In this document: one piece after another, positions 13,049 through 25,375 of the stretch
How positions within the stretch are numbered: position 1 is the stretch's first letter
Layout: the number at the start of each line of letters is the position of its first letter
NCBI GenBank assembly: GCA_976226885.1
Contig: OZ320313.1
Span: 248,001-312,000 of the forward strand
DNA from: Iphione sp. A-MEVVRFRX5
Taxonomy: Eukaryota
Direction of reading: 5' to 3'
DNA: 64,000 nucleotides
Made by a program: the position numbers and the translations under genes
Notes under the pieces: generated by a model
The model's input: only the letters and a program-made list of their open reading frames with translations
Told to the model about the DNA's origin: nothing
Database searches by the model: none

Positions 13049-13738
13049 ATGCAGGCATTGGAAGAGGCATTTCGGAAGAAGGGGTAAGTGGTCAAATTAT
13101 ATGACATAAGGTTTTGTGTTTCTCAGTATTGCCTAGAAAATAATTTAGTCGAGGACCATGTGCTCTCCGCATTCAGCGCTACGTACAGTGCGGTCGGCTA
13201 GTGCCATGCATTACATATTTCTGCTATCCTTACTTGAGTATGAGCATTTTTTCCCAATTACTGGCAGTGTGAAGCAAATTGTAACTTATTAGTTGTGCCA
13301 TTTTTTGTAAATTTAGTTTAGAGATGCCTGATGGTCTCCGTCACCTGATAATGGAAGGGAGCAATAGGAAGTATGTGTACAAGCGGTTGTGGCAGGCTGT
13401 GAAGGTACGATGCTGACTTCTGCCTGTAATATTATGGCAACTACATTAGTTATGGATTAGAAACACATTCAATCCAATTATTACTGAACGAAGCCAAAAC
13501 CATGAGACAATTGAGATTGATTTTTATTCTTGAATGAAGATCGACATGTCAGAAAAGTGAAAGTGATATTCATATGATGTTCCAGTTTGGGGCCAAAATC
13601 GGATCAGGCTACAGAACATTTACCTTCCCTGAAGAGCTACGTCGTGCTGTGCGTGAACGGTTCCCAGACGAGCATGATCAGCACTATGATGAGCAGTACA
13701 GCCATAAACCAAGGGTTTGTATGCAATGTGCACGTTAA
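13049..13738 (+). CDS. Predicted 4-exon, 119-aa accessory gene inside the piggyBac, convergent with the transposase
   Basis: Exons 13049-13083, 13149-13237, 13322-13404, 13586-13738. GT..AG introns of 65, 84 and 181 nt with consistent phases 2,1,0. Protein: MQALEEAFRKKGRGPCALRIQRYVQCGRLVPCITYFCYPYLKMPDGLRHLIMEGSNRKYVYKRLWQAVKFGAKIGSGYRTFTFPEELRRAVRERFPDEHDQHYDEQYSHKPRVCMQCAR. Confidence 0.55.
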
Positions 13739-14062
13739 ATTTGTCACACTAATGTTAGCCACCTACATTATAGACGTACATGATAGCTAGTCTGTATGTA
13801 AGCACATATAATAATATTCAAGCTTCTAATTCTTACACTTCACAAGGATAATGATGCACTAGCTTCATAAGGGTAATTACTTACTAGCTTCATACGAATA
13901 ATTATTTACTAGCTTCATGAGCTAAGCAAACCGTTTCCTGATCTCCAGGTCTACCATGTAACCCTGGCTGAAGTCGCTGTCCTCCCTTACCCCAAGAGGA
14001 AGGATGCCTAGCTCAGCTTGAAATTGGCATGATCAGCCTCAAGGTTAGGACCTGCAAACAAA

Positions 14063-17000
14063 CTATTCATTGTTTAGTGCATAGAAGTGATCATAGTTGT
14101 CATGGCATCTGCTCATGCAGTTCCTCTCTCCTGTTAGACACAGGTAGACATCACACTCACGACACTTCCATTTGCCCTTCAACTCTTTCCTTTCTGTCAG
14201 GTAGCAGAGCCTGCAGTTCCTGCGGAAGGACGTGTGCTGAGGCATGTGCAGACCCGGTGACAAGTGGTAGGAGTGAGCCTGTGGTCTCCTGTTGTATGTT
14301 GGGATGTCCTCATCGTCCGTGATATTGGCCAGCTGACGGGCAAGCTCAACACGGAAACTCAGGTGTGAATATCCTAGCAGGAGATGACATAGTGTACATT
14401 AGTTGCATGTAATTGAATTTTCAATGTGATTTTCAGACTGAAGTAGATTGACTTACAAATTCAATGGCATAGAATTCCTACCCCTAGGCAGACAAAGAGA
14501 TCGGACTCTCTCAAAATCCAGTAATTCTATGTAGAAAAATTTAAGCTATTACCAGCCGGCCTCTTTAGTCCAGGGATTTCAGGATCTGCTGCCTGCCATT
14601 GCAGGAACAGCACAAAGCTGTTGTACACTGCTACATCGATGCAGTGAAACAGAAGGGTCTTCCACCAGCGGTGTGATTTCTGACGAACCTCGTAGTTGGC
14701 CAGTCTCTGGTCAGCTAAATCAACGCCTCCCATGTAGGCGTTATATTCATGGATGACCATCGGTTTTTTGACCATAATTGGCACATATTTGCCCTCCTTG
14801 TTTTTGGTAGCACGCTTTGCCATGATAAATGTATTGCCGCTGTGCAGGGTACTGGCCATAGACACCACCCTTGCATCTTTCCATTGTAGGAACAGGATGT
14901 CATCCTTCCGGACGAATCTCACATCACCTCTAGATGCCTTTTTCTCCCACTGTTTGTCACGTAGCTCCTATAATTATGCAAAAAAGACAGAGTTGTGGTG
15001 TGCAAATATACATTGGAAATGTATGCCATTTAAGAAATATTTCCACTGCATCGCAATTATCCAGGTTGAAACACTACCTATGCAAAAAGTTGCCTGAAAG
15101 TAATACGGCTGTGGGGTTTATTTTAAGGGTGTGAGACAGTTTTCAAGTGATGCAATTTCTATTCATTCATATGTTAGTGTTACTACTTTTCAAATTAACT
15201 TGTGCCTGCATACATTTTCTCGTATAAACATGAATACAAAAGGAAAAGATTCAAGAGATATGGCCCAAATTCTTCAGAGTTGAGTAGGAGTATCTTTGCT
15301 TTGCATGCCTGCAATGAGGATGACTAGCCACTCTATATATTGACCTCTCCATCTGACTGAATTCAACAAAATCTACCTGAGGGAATCCGCGACGCGTTCT
15401 CCAGGTGGTTCCACAAGCATATAATGACAGGTCACGCAGAGTCTTAAGAAGTTGTGCAGACGTGTAAAAGTTATCAAAGAAAATGTGATAGCTCTGTTCT
15501 CTGATAGACTGTACTAAATCCATGACAACGTCATAGGCAAGTCCGAATTTCCCAGGTCTCTGTCTGCGTCCAGTATAAATGCTTTGTAAAAAAGAGATTG
15601 TATTTTATGGTGTTACTCTCAATGTAAATATGTCTAACATAATTTCAATTCATGTGCAATGCATATCAATGCAATTTGAAATAGTAGCTATATAAGGGAG
15701 ACATTTCATGTTATATCACTCTTGTTTTTTGTATCAATAAAATTACTATAAAATCATATACTTACTCAAAGTCGATGTTGTATCCTGTTTGTGCCTCGCA
15801 CAGGCACCAAAGCTTAAAACCAAACCTCACCGGCTTATCAGGCATAAATTGCCTGATGCCGGATAGTCCTTTAGAACGGACCATCCGCTCATCGATTGAC
15901 ACGTTGCAATGAGGCTGGTACAGCACTTTACACATTTCCTTCAAATGGTTCACTAACGGTTTGATCTTTGCCAGCTTGTCAGTGCTGTCGTCCTTTCCTG
16001 GTTTTGAAACATGAATCATTCCCATCAGTGCTCGAAATCTGAAATAAAGCCATGCAATATGAAGTTAGTATACTAGCAAGGAACCAAATATCATTAGAGT
16101 GAACTTATTACAGTTAAATATATAGGTTTTTACAAATATGTCCCTCCTTACCGTGTCCTTGATAAGAACCTGCGAGCCCATCCACCATGGAAGAGTGTTG
16201 CTGTCGACCAGTAGTCATCTGCACATGGCATCCAAATAAAACCCATCATGATCAGAAGCCCAAGGAAATTGGACAACTCCTGCACAGTGACATTTTCCCA
16301 ACCTCCATCAAGTGACCTTGCATAGGATTTCTTTTCTTTTATATGCGCCCATCCGTACAAGTTAGTGTTGTAGCATATAAGCTGAAATCAAATTAAGAAA
16401 TTGATCATCAATAATCCAATACATTTTCCATATCTTGGTCCAATGAGCACAGTGCACTTGTTCTTGGGAGAAATGCATTATACATAAGCTACAAACTACA
16501 ACATTACATGACATATTCTAATATCCAAAATTACCTCTAAGATTCCACAAGTAAAGAAAAGTTTGAAAAAATCGATCGCTCTAGTGTAATTGGCAGCTTT
16601 CTGTCTGGAGATATGATCTTCCAAGTGTGGTCCAGGCACTCTCTTCGGCTTGAATCTGGGAACCGCAGGTTCAACATCATCACTCTCGTAACTCCTGAAA
16701 TGTTAAATACAGAACAACTGGTCACAAAAGAACTCATAAACGTCATGTTGGAACCAATTGTGCATATCTATAAACAGACAGTTACCCTACCTATGAATTA
16801 TGGTCTCCATGGCCAAACGGTTAACACGTTTGATTTTGAATTGTCAGATCCAGGTTCGAGTCCCACCCGGGTACACTTTTCACATCAGATGTATTACTTT
16901 TTTTGAGATTTAAAATGGAAATCAATGGTACAATACATTCATCAATTGTAAAGCAATGGGAACTACTAAAATTTACATCTAATAAGTGCAAGAAGACAAG

Positions 17001-17244
17001 ATACTTACTTGGTTGCAGTATTACGACTGTTGCCTCTTCTTCCACCAGGGGGACATGGTGAGGGGGTACTGCTCTCTTCTTCATCTGAGCTGCTCAAAAC
17101 ACGATTTAGGAGTTCCAAATCAAGTAGATCCTCTTCTTCATCGGAAAGACAATCGTATTCTTCATCAGAACTCTCACTTTCATTTAATCCCTGTGCCAAA
17201 AGCTCATTTGCTGCTACAGCAGCGGCCCGCACCGGTCTGGCCAT
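14063..17244 (-). CDS. piggyBac transposase, 7 exons, about 609 aa, apparently intact
   Basis: Exons 17244-17009, 16694-16535, 16381-16152, 16038-15766, 15581-15377, 14967-14553, 14373-14063. All introns are GT..AG with matching phases (2,0,2,2,0,1); total 1830 nt with no internal stop. Acidic N-terminus, IDFFKLFFT, SIDERM (D1), FDNFYTS (D2), GGVDLADQ (D3 region), and C-terminal Cys-rich domain CRLC..CRECDVYLC..C..CH. Confidence 0.93.
16802..16880 (+). pseudogene. tRNA-Gln(TTG)-like sequence (pseudogene or SINE head) in transposase intron 1
   Basis: GGTCTCCATGGCCAAACGGTTAACAC..TTTTGAA..GATCCAGGTTCGAGTCCC carries an A box, a B box, a TTG anticodon loop and a following TTTT. The anticodon and acceptor stems pair poorly. 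Confidence 0.55.
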
Positions 17245-18679
17245 GACGACTTCAACAGTGGCGGTTAACCATACCGGATGTGCTTCCCATAACATCATCG
17301 AATATTATAAAAAAAATTAATTCTTTTAATCAATAACAATGTATTTGCCTTTAAAAGACTCATTACTACCATCATACCAAAAATTATGGCAATCTGAAAA
17401 AAAACCTTCCTCCTACAGAGGTCGGAACTCATCGTACGGATCCGTACGATTTTACCATTGCTGGACGGTAAGGGGTTAAACAAAAGACAAAAATAAAGAA
17501 TCCGGTTCACTCCAAATACACAAATGTGTTGGGCATGGGTGATCTATCTCAAGAATGCAGTGAGAAAGTGTCTGTTTATTCAGAAAAACTGACTTCCTGT
17601 ATACCACGATTACATAACTATTGCTAAAAATAATGTGTCAAGTATTACCTCTTGATTTGATTAAATAATCAGAGGAAAAAATAACCTTCTATGATGCTGT
17701 TACTAATATTGCAAAACCTTCTATGCAGTGCAATTCGTGTTGAGTCCTTGGGTTACTTTAATGGCGATTGCCCCAAACAAAGTGCTCCCAAATTAAGTGC
17801 CAAGACACAGTTACCACACAGTTTACTGTTCACACCACAACGTTATCTCTATCTCTTTTTTATCAAAATACAACTGAAACACAATTCAGTCTGGTTTCGA
17901 AGTTTGGCTTTATTTCTGAGTGATGGATTTACATGTCCAGGGTGACAGCTACAACTGTGAGCAGACCAATGTTGATCATATGAGTTCAATCTCATATACA
18001 CTCAGCTTGATATGTCATGAAATCCCACTGTTAAACTTTGACGTGTTCAATTTCGAAGTTTCATCTCCAATCTAGTGACAAGAATGCTTTTAGAACCAAG
18101 ATTACTCATTTGTTACTGCAAACTACTCTGACATCTTTGAATTACTCTTTGCTTTCCCCCTTTCAAACAGATGGACTGTATTTCAGTATCTCCTCAGTTC
18201 CTTGTACTTGTCCTGCAAGATACAATATATCTTAATTAATCAGGCTCAACATGCTTATTTCTGAAACCCTTCCCTATTACTGTGTGTTATATCCATTGTC
18301 TCGTATATCTGTAAACAATACCAATAGCACAAGATCCCAAAACTATACAACATTCTATATTAGTTTATTCAGAGTACGACATTACTGTGTTGCACTTAAT
18401 GATATTATATACAGTTCTATTTGAGAGCCAATGCAGATTAGTGGATTTTGGATGTCATGATCCATCTTAGCTACATGTACTTGTATGGTTGGGCTTTTAG
18501 GGACATTGTAACAGTTTTACAGTAAACAGTAAACATGCTGATTAATTTTTAAAAAATGGTGCAAGACATTGGTGGCAAGGCTGCTACAGTGTAATAGTTC
18601 CATACTTTGTATTGTTCAACACAGTGTTAGATTTGGGAAGCAGCCGCGGTTGGGTGCTTGCTGACTTTAATCTTGGTTT

Positions 18680-19249
18680 TACAACGTTTAAGAACGTTTT
18701 TATTTGGATACAACGTTTGCAACCATTTTACAACCTTGTAAGAACGTTTTCATTTGGTTAAAGAGTGACAGGAGGGCAACCAAGTGTACAGGTAGCTCCT
18801 GGAGAGGGGTGGGGACATCTGAGGGCGACAGGAGGGTGACCAAGTGTACAGGTAGCACCTGGAGAGGGGTGGAGACACCTGAGAGTGACAGGGGGGCAAC
18901 CAAGTGTATATGTAGCACCTGGAGAGGGGTGGGGACATGTGAGAGTGACAGTAGTATGACCAAGTCTACAGGTAGCACCTGGAGTGGTGTGAGGACGTAT
19001 GTGAGCAACAGGAGTCCGTGGAGCAGTGGATAGGAGTCCCAGCAATAGCATGGGAGGTGCAAAGACCCAGATTCAAACCCTGCATGGACCTCCCCTACTT
19101 TTTTTTTCAAGAATGTTGTAAAAAGGTTTTTAAAAAACGTTCTAAAAACGTTTTCTAATCTGGTTAGGAAAACATTATGCAAACTTTCATTTACAACGTT
19201 TTGAGAACGTTCTTTACAACGTTTTTACAACGTTTCTGTGCTGGCTGGG
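18680..19249. mobile_element. Possible single end of a non-autonomous CMC/EnSpm-like DNA transposon
   Basis: Repeated ACAACGTTT/AGAACGTT subterminal motifs ending in GTGCTGGCTGGG at 19249. No matching left TIR found. Confidence 0.35.
18761..19010. repeat. 60-bp minisatellite, about 4 copies
   Basis: GAGTGACAGGAGGGCAACCAAGTGTACAGGTAGCACCTGGAGAGGGGTGG recurs with a 60-nt period. Confidence 0.9.
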
Positions 19250-20748
19250 TAGTGCTTCCAAGATGGTTGGATGTAGGTTCAAAAGTATGATATAAAAGTA
19301 TCATATAAAAGTATGAGAATATATAGATATTTAATGAATAAGGCTTAGCAATTATGCTCCAGTCTGCCATGAGTAAGAATAAGATACATATATAAATATA
19401 TTGTTTACAGATATAAATATTATATGAATGACATTGTTATTTCATATAGAAATGGTATGGAACTGTCTCCAACGATTTCCAGTAGAGCACCATTATTTAA
19501 CAGTTTATGATATCATACCATAGATCCACTATGCTTAGAAATAATTATATTAGATGTCACAGATAGCAATGACTATGATTATTTCTCCCCTTGCAGTCTT
19601 CTGAGTTTCTTCCCTATATACATTTTATCTGAGTAACTATATGTCTAGACAATGGAGGGTTCCTGCCGTGCTCTGATTCACTGTCCCATATATGTCTCAT
19701 GTTGTCCCCTCATTTCACATACTTAATGTGTATATTTTTGTCGGACCTGCAAGTGGGGCATCGACTACTGTTATGTCTTAATGCAGTTATTGTCTCGTTT
19801 TAACTGAGTTTGACATAGATCTGTGTGCCTCAGACCATCCAGTCTTAAGCTGCACTTTTTCACGGTACAGTACCAACCATTATACTAAAGGAGGCAACAT
19901 ATATATGTATATTTACCCAGGCTTATTATGCAGTGATTATCATCCTCACATAAAGATAAATTTCCATTTTCATACAAATATATGCAGGACACAAATAGTC
20001 TGGTTTGGTTCCTTAAATATATATATATGTATATATTGCCTAATTTGCATAGATCTCCAGACTGATAAATATGCCTGATGAAGTTGACCACCCTATATGC
20101 TGGCGTTTGACCGAACACGAGTCTAATTGCAGCCACTGAACAAACATATTGTAGTAGTCAGAGTGACATGCCCCATCAGGTAAGAAGTGATCCTGTGATC
20201 CCTATTTTTCACACTTTACCGACAACAGTTGTTGGTTTGTCATTGGTAAAGCATTAAAGTATGTCACACTCCAATTGTTGTCGCATTGTTGTATGTCATC
20301 ATGATGTATTTCATTCATTGGTTAATTTACCTCTCCCCCCACTTTCAGCTACCACTTAAAGATGCACTGTTTTTCTACCATTTGTGATATCATAACAGAC
20401 GCTCAACCAATAATATGTAAATTAACAGGTCAATAGATGCGAGGACTCAAGTTCGTGACATTGCTCCACCTTTTATTAGTTAAAATTTTACTCATTTTCT
20501 CATGTTTGACCTGGGAAGTCCCAGATGGTGACCAAGGCCTATGTGGGCGGTGTATGTGTGCATGTACATGTCTTTCTTTGTGAGTTGTAAGTTGTCTAAA
20601 TATTTATATATCAGTCTCAGCAGACTATTGTGTAAAATGTCTAACCTTTGGGTAAAGATATGTATGAATTATATGCATCAGAAACTAGAAGAGAATGGTG
20701 TGATTTGTCAATGTGGAACTCAAATGGCATATATGATACTTATACTAT

Positions 20749-21156
20749 TGTAACGTGTACAGACATACGCTGTTAGGTATGGTCCTCTAATCAAGACGTA
20801 GTTAAAATTTTCGTTCGGCATATGTGATGCCATGCAGTTGTAAACATGTTTGTTCCTTATCTTATTAATGAGGTGACGATTAGGATTAACGCATAGAAGT
20901 CTTTAATGAACATTTGATCCTACCCCTGGACAGAACTAACACAATGGGTAGTTAATCTTGTAATGTCTACAAGACATCCATTGATAGATAATACAATGAG
21001 TTTCACATACTTCTGATAATGTGTTTACATCACCAAGGTGTATATAAGTAAGGAGTCCCTAGTGGGACTCGCTTGGGAATGACTGTGTAACCTGTGCTGC
21101 ATTCTGCAATAAAGGCCTGAGGAGAAGAACCTATGTGCAGTGTATTTATTGTTACA
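20749..21156 (+). mobile_element. Solo LTR (408 bp)
   Basis: TGTAAC...GTTACA ends; 4-bp TSD CTAT (20745-20748, 21157-21160); TATATAA near 21041; AATAAA at 21108-21113. Confidence 0.9.
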
Positions 21157-21664
21157 CTATTTAGAGAGCACCATGTTGACTGCCTTCACTTGGCTGCCGA
21201 TTGATATGCTGTGATTTATTGACGACGACATCACCTCTCCTGACTCAGATGAACGTTTCCTATATAATACTGATACCAGTGTACAGGGAATATCCTGTAA
21301 ACTGTCTTTACTTTGGGTGAACATGAGATCATTTTACTAATCACAGTATTAACAGAGTAAGACCCTTTGTTTAGACTGGTATAATTGTATGCATATAATA
21401 TTGATAACAATATTAAGCGGGTATTGTGTAAACTGTCTAGACTTGCATGAAGATATTTAATATTGACACCAGTTCCAAGAGGCTATCATATTCCTTACTA
21501 CCAACGTTTGTCCATGTCCAAGGGAAATACATCTGTGTATTCAGCAGGGAATGCGGGGAAGGTTAAGGGCTGGGGTTGGTGACAAGCAGCTGGCTGACTG
21601 TTGGTCCATCTCCCTCATGTCTTTTCCTGCGGCAGGAAGAGGAGCTGGTTGAGCATCCGAAGAA

Positions 21665-22150
21665 TCATCGTTGACATCGCTGGAACAGCCTTAAGTTGAT
21701 AATGAACTTGTCATTTTCCTCTTTTGGGGGGCTGCCAATATACAGCTTCAGTGACTGAACTGACTCGTGTCCGATGACAGTCTGGATTTTGTTAACGGAG
21801 AAGTGGGCCCTGTCCAGCGTGGAGACACAGGTGTATCGTACTGAGTGGTTGGTATCAATTCTGGACAGATCAGCTTCCTTGCTCATGGCTGCCATAAGAT
21901 TGTGTAGCCTACTCACACCAATGCGCATGTTGTCAAACCATGCTGTCAGACACCTGCCTTAAGCATGTTACAGGCGCTGATAGAAGGCTGCACAGCTTGG
22001 GTTCATCAGTGCTGAACACGTTTACAACGACACGACTGGGCATCTTGCTGGGTCACTGGGGAGCGCATACATCGTCTTGTGAGTGTCTTCTCCTCTCACT
22101 TTCATCCCTGACCTTGTTTTTTCAGTCTCATGTTCAAATTCTACTTCATA
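21665..22150 (-). pseudogene. Crypton-type (DUF3504-like) tyrosine recombinase remnant
   Basis: IGVSRLHNLMAAMSKEADLSRIDTNHSVRYTCVSTLD..IGHESVQSLKLY (HxxR, H, Y). The upstream fragment MYALPSDPARCP is in a broken frame. Confidence 0.75.
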
Positions 22151-23554
22151 CCCAAGAGCAAAAAGCCAATCTGGAAATACGTAATTAGGAACTTTTAGAT
22201 ATCTACCTCAATGAATGATAGGCCAGTGACAGACATTTGGCCTTCCACATATTCCGCCATCTTCTAGCAATTGATTTTTCAGTACCACGTGATCTTTTTG
22301 AGCCATGAGGCGTGCGCGTTACTTACTTCTAATTTCGCCACATTAATTTTCATCAGGGTTTCTTATGAAATTACTGTTAATAAGTCTTTTCAACTTATTA
22401 TATATGAGTATTGACATTATTCTATTAAAATTATGTAGAAATTGTAAGTTTAATTTGCTATAATTTTCACGAGAAGACAAAATAGTGGCAGGATGTCTGC
22501 CATTTTGTTTTGAAAAAGAATTGAATGTAATCAATGGCATATGCTGCTCCAATGTGAGTGGATATTACATTTCCCTAGTGCTTGAGTTCAAAGTTTAAAG
22601 GTGTTTCTCCCTAGTGCTTGAGTTCAAAGTTCAAAGGTGTTTTTTAGACATTGCAAATAAAGTAGTATCACTACCAGCCATATTAGAACAAAAAACAAAG
22701 AGATAAAGAATAATTTACTTGTTCTAGTTTACAATGTTTTAATGGTGTGTCTACTATCTTAACAAAGAGTAATGGGCACGATTGCATGTACTGATAGATG
22801 AGGAAATAAAACTTCACTTAACCCAACGTTAACAACCTCATAAGCACCCAGGCAGAAGCTAAGAATGTCTAAGTTTGATATCAACTGAAGAAATCTGGTG
22901 CAGATGAGTTTCGGTACCGCCAGGTGGCAGCACTGTGGGTATCTCATGAGGTTAGAGGGCGCTACCGTCGACCGCGGGATGACGACCACGTCCGGCCCGC
23001 CCAACAACGACCGACAGGCTTGGTTCCCGCTGCAAGGCGTCTCTCATCCAAGGCGGATTAGAAACTTCTATAAATTCCTGGTATATGTATACTGTTCGGT
23101 ATGACTAGTATGAAGATGTAGGTCTAACTAGCTCAGCTTGCTCCTGTATGTAGAGGTAGCCTTCCACCTCCTGGCTGCGTGAAAGACTGTACTCTCCCCT
23201 GTATATGCCACAAGGACGTCATTCGTTACAGTCTCTCCCGGCGCTTGTCGGTCTGTACGAGATATTCAGCGGTCAGTGGGAGGTATACAAGCCTTCCCTC
23301 CTGTGCGTTCTCTCTTAATGCGGACCGGGGAGATAGCCCCATTATACATGTGTCAGAGGATACCCGGTCTTCACCATTGGCACACGCTCGTCAGGCCACA
23401 TTATATTTAACATCTCAGAACCAACTAGCTGAGTAATGTCGTCCTGTTAAACTTGCTGTCAGTGATGCATTGATCGAAGTAAAATTGTAGTGATAACTAT
23501 TTATCTCGTTCACGTTTGACATAACTAACCCAGCACTCCTACGGGATGGCTTGG

Positions 23555-23590
23555 TGAATGAATGAATGAATGAATCAACTTTTATTGTCA
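23555..23590 (-). mobile_element. Probable 3' tail of a LINE/SINE (AATAAA followed by an ATTC repeat)
   Basis: The minus strand reads AATAAAAAGTTGATTCATTCATTCATTCATTCA. Confidence 0.4.
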
Positions 23591-24124
23591 CAAAGTTACC
23601 TCCAGGCGAAGATCTTCAACAATAGACATCATTACATTGCTCAGAGGTTACATTGCTTAAAGGTTACATTGCCTTATCAGTAGAGGAATTCTTTACTTAA
23701 CGCTCCGTCCCAGTAAACCTCACATTATGAGATCTTCCACGACTCAGCATACCCTCTCTACCGTCCTACACTCCAACTGCTCAGTGGTGCTCAGCTGCAG
23801 CTCACAGCTGCTCACCTCCTCCTCCTCCTTCTAACGTCTTCCCTTGCACACGTCTATATATATACACAGGCGCCCGCCGCCTCAGCGATCCACCCCCCCC
23901 CCCCCGCGCCGCAACTCCACGCCTCACGCCCAAACACACGGCGCGGTCGCCTCAGCTTTCCTCACGGCGGTGGAGTGTACGTGTGTGTATGTGTGTGTGC
24001 GTGTGTGTGTGAGTAGGTCCCGCTGGATGTGGCCCAAAGTAGCGCGCGGCACGTGAGTGGAGGGGGGGGGGTAGTGGTAGGCGCGAACGGCTGCTCCGGT
24101 CACGTGCCCCTTAACGCTCCGTCC

Positions 24125-24343
24125 CACTCAGACGGTAACAAAACATTGAAAACCTCACTTATCCGGTCACTCAGACGGTAACAGTGACATTGAAACCTCA
24201 CTTATCCGGTCACTCACACAGTAACAGTGAGATTGAAACCTCACTTATCCAGTCACTCAGGTGGTAACAGTGACATTAAAACCTCACTTATCCGGTCACT
24301 CAGGTGGTAGCAGTAACAGTGACACCTCGCTTATCCGGTCACC
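24125..24343. repeat. 43-bp minisatellite, about 5 copies
   Basis: CACTCAGACGGTAACAGTGACATTGAAACCTCACTTATCCGGT starts at 24125, 24168, 24211, 24254, 24297. Confidence 0.9.
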
Positions 24344-25015
24344 AAATAGTCCCATCCCGATTTGCCTGGAATAGTTAGGTTGCTGGATTGATAAGGGAAG
24401 TGGTGAGTGAGGTGACCTGATTACTGGGGGGACTGCATCCTGAGGTCGCACTTTTTTTTACCAAAGGTTATTTTGATTAACAGAAAATACAGGTAAGATA
24501 TTATATACGTGTAAACCTAACAGATACATGATTTATTAGCAGATGAATAGCCAAAATATGCCGGTACTAACAATTAATGCATTAATGTGATGCCACCCAT
24601 GACAACATTTCCTACAACGATGCCAATTCAAGGACCAAATGTACTTCGTGATGAAGACCGGTCTCCAAGACACCAATCAAGTGCTCAGTAATGGGGTATA
24701 CCCTGATCCCCCCTGTCCAGAAAGCAGGCACCCCAGACTGGGGCCCCTTGCTGCTGGAACAACGTATCTTTTCCAGACATTGTACCATCCTGGATTAGGG
24801 ACACACCCTAAATGGGGCCACCTTCACGAGCCACCAAAGATGTCGACAGTTGTGAGGTTTTACTGTGCATGGTACAATCCAGGACTCCCTTGAATCGAGG
24901 ATACTGATGAGTTGGGTATAGACCCACCCAGGGTGTAGGGGCCTATCTATTGTGTGGCATACAGTTTCAACAGATGCGTCTTCTTTCCCGCTGGAGTAGT
25001 GGGTGTGTGCATGAT

Positions 25016-25035
25016 GGAGAAGGGGTGGGAGAGGG

Positions 25036-25083
<48 letters not shown>

Positions 25084-25375
25084 GGAGGGAGAGAGAGGGT
25101 GAAGAGAAGGAGAGAGAGGGAGACAGAGAGGGGGATGGAGAGACAGGAAGACAGACATAGGGGGGGGGGCCGACAGAGAGGTTCACACGCATAGGTTGAA
25201 GGCGAGAGAGGTGGAGAAAGGAAGGGAGACAGGGAAACAGACAAAGAGAAATCGGGAGAGAGGTAGAGAGAGTGAGGGAGAAAGAGAGAGACGGTGAGGG
25301 AGGGAGGGAGAGAGATAGACAGTGGGGGAGGGAGTGAGGGAGGAGAGATAGGCACTGAGTGAGGGAGGAGAGAAC
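25016..25375. repeat. GA-rich polypurine low-complexity tract
   Basis: (GA)n and GGAG/AGAG runs over about 360 nt. Confidence 0.85.

Larger units (their letters stand above)
12339..17475 (-). mobile_element. Full-length piggyBac DNA transposon (5137 bp)
   Basis: TTAA TSDs at 12335-12338 and 17476-17479. 13-bp TIRs CCCCTTGCCGTCC (12339-12351) and GGACGGTAAGGGG (17463-17475), 12 of 13 matching. Contains a spliced transposase. Confidence 0.95.

Noticed and set aside
13121-13126. Stronger-looking acceptor TCTCAG for the piggyBac accessory gene
   Set aside because: It would give a 43-nt intron and an immediate stop. I used 13148 instead, but this remains the weakest junction of the model.
17245-17298. 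Upstream in-frame ATGs for the transposase
   Set aside because: Possible (adds up to 18 aa), but ATG 17244 has better context; unresolved.
23696-24126. 17-bp direct repeat CTTAACGCTCCGTCCCA as a TSD
   Set aside because: The first copy is followed by AAACCTCAC, part of the adjacent 43-bp unit, so it is more likely repeat-derived.
24900-24960. CTGATGA hammerhead-like core (also a loose minus-strand candidate at 34500-34590)
   Set aside because: No properly placed GAAA or stems; the second candidate has an altered core and an overlong stem II.
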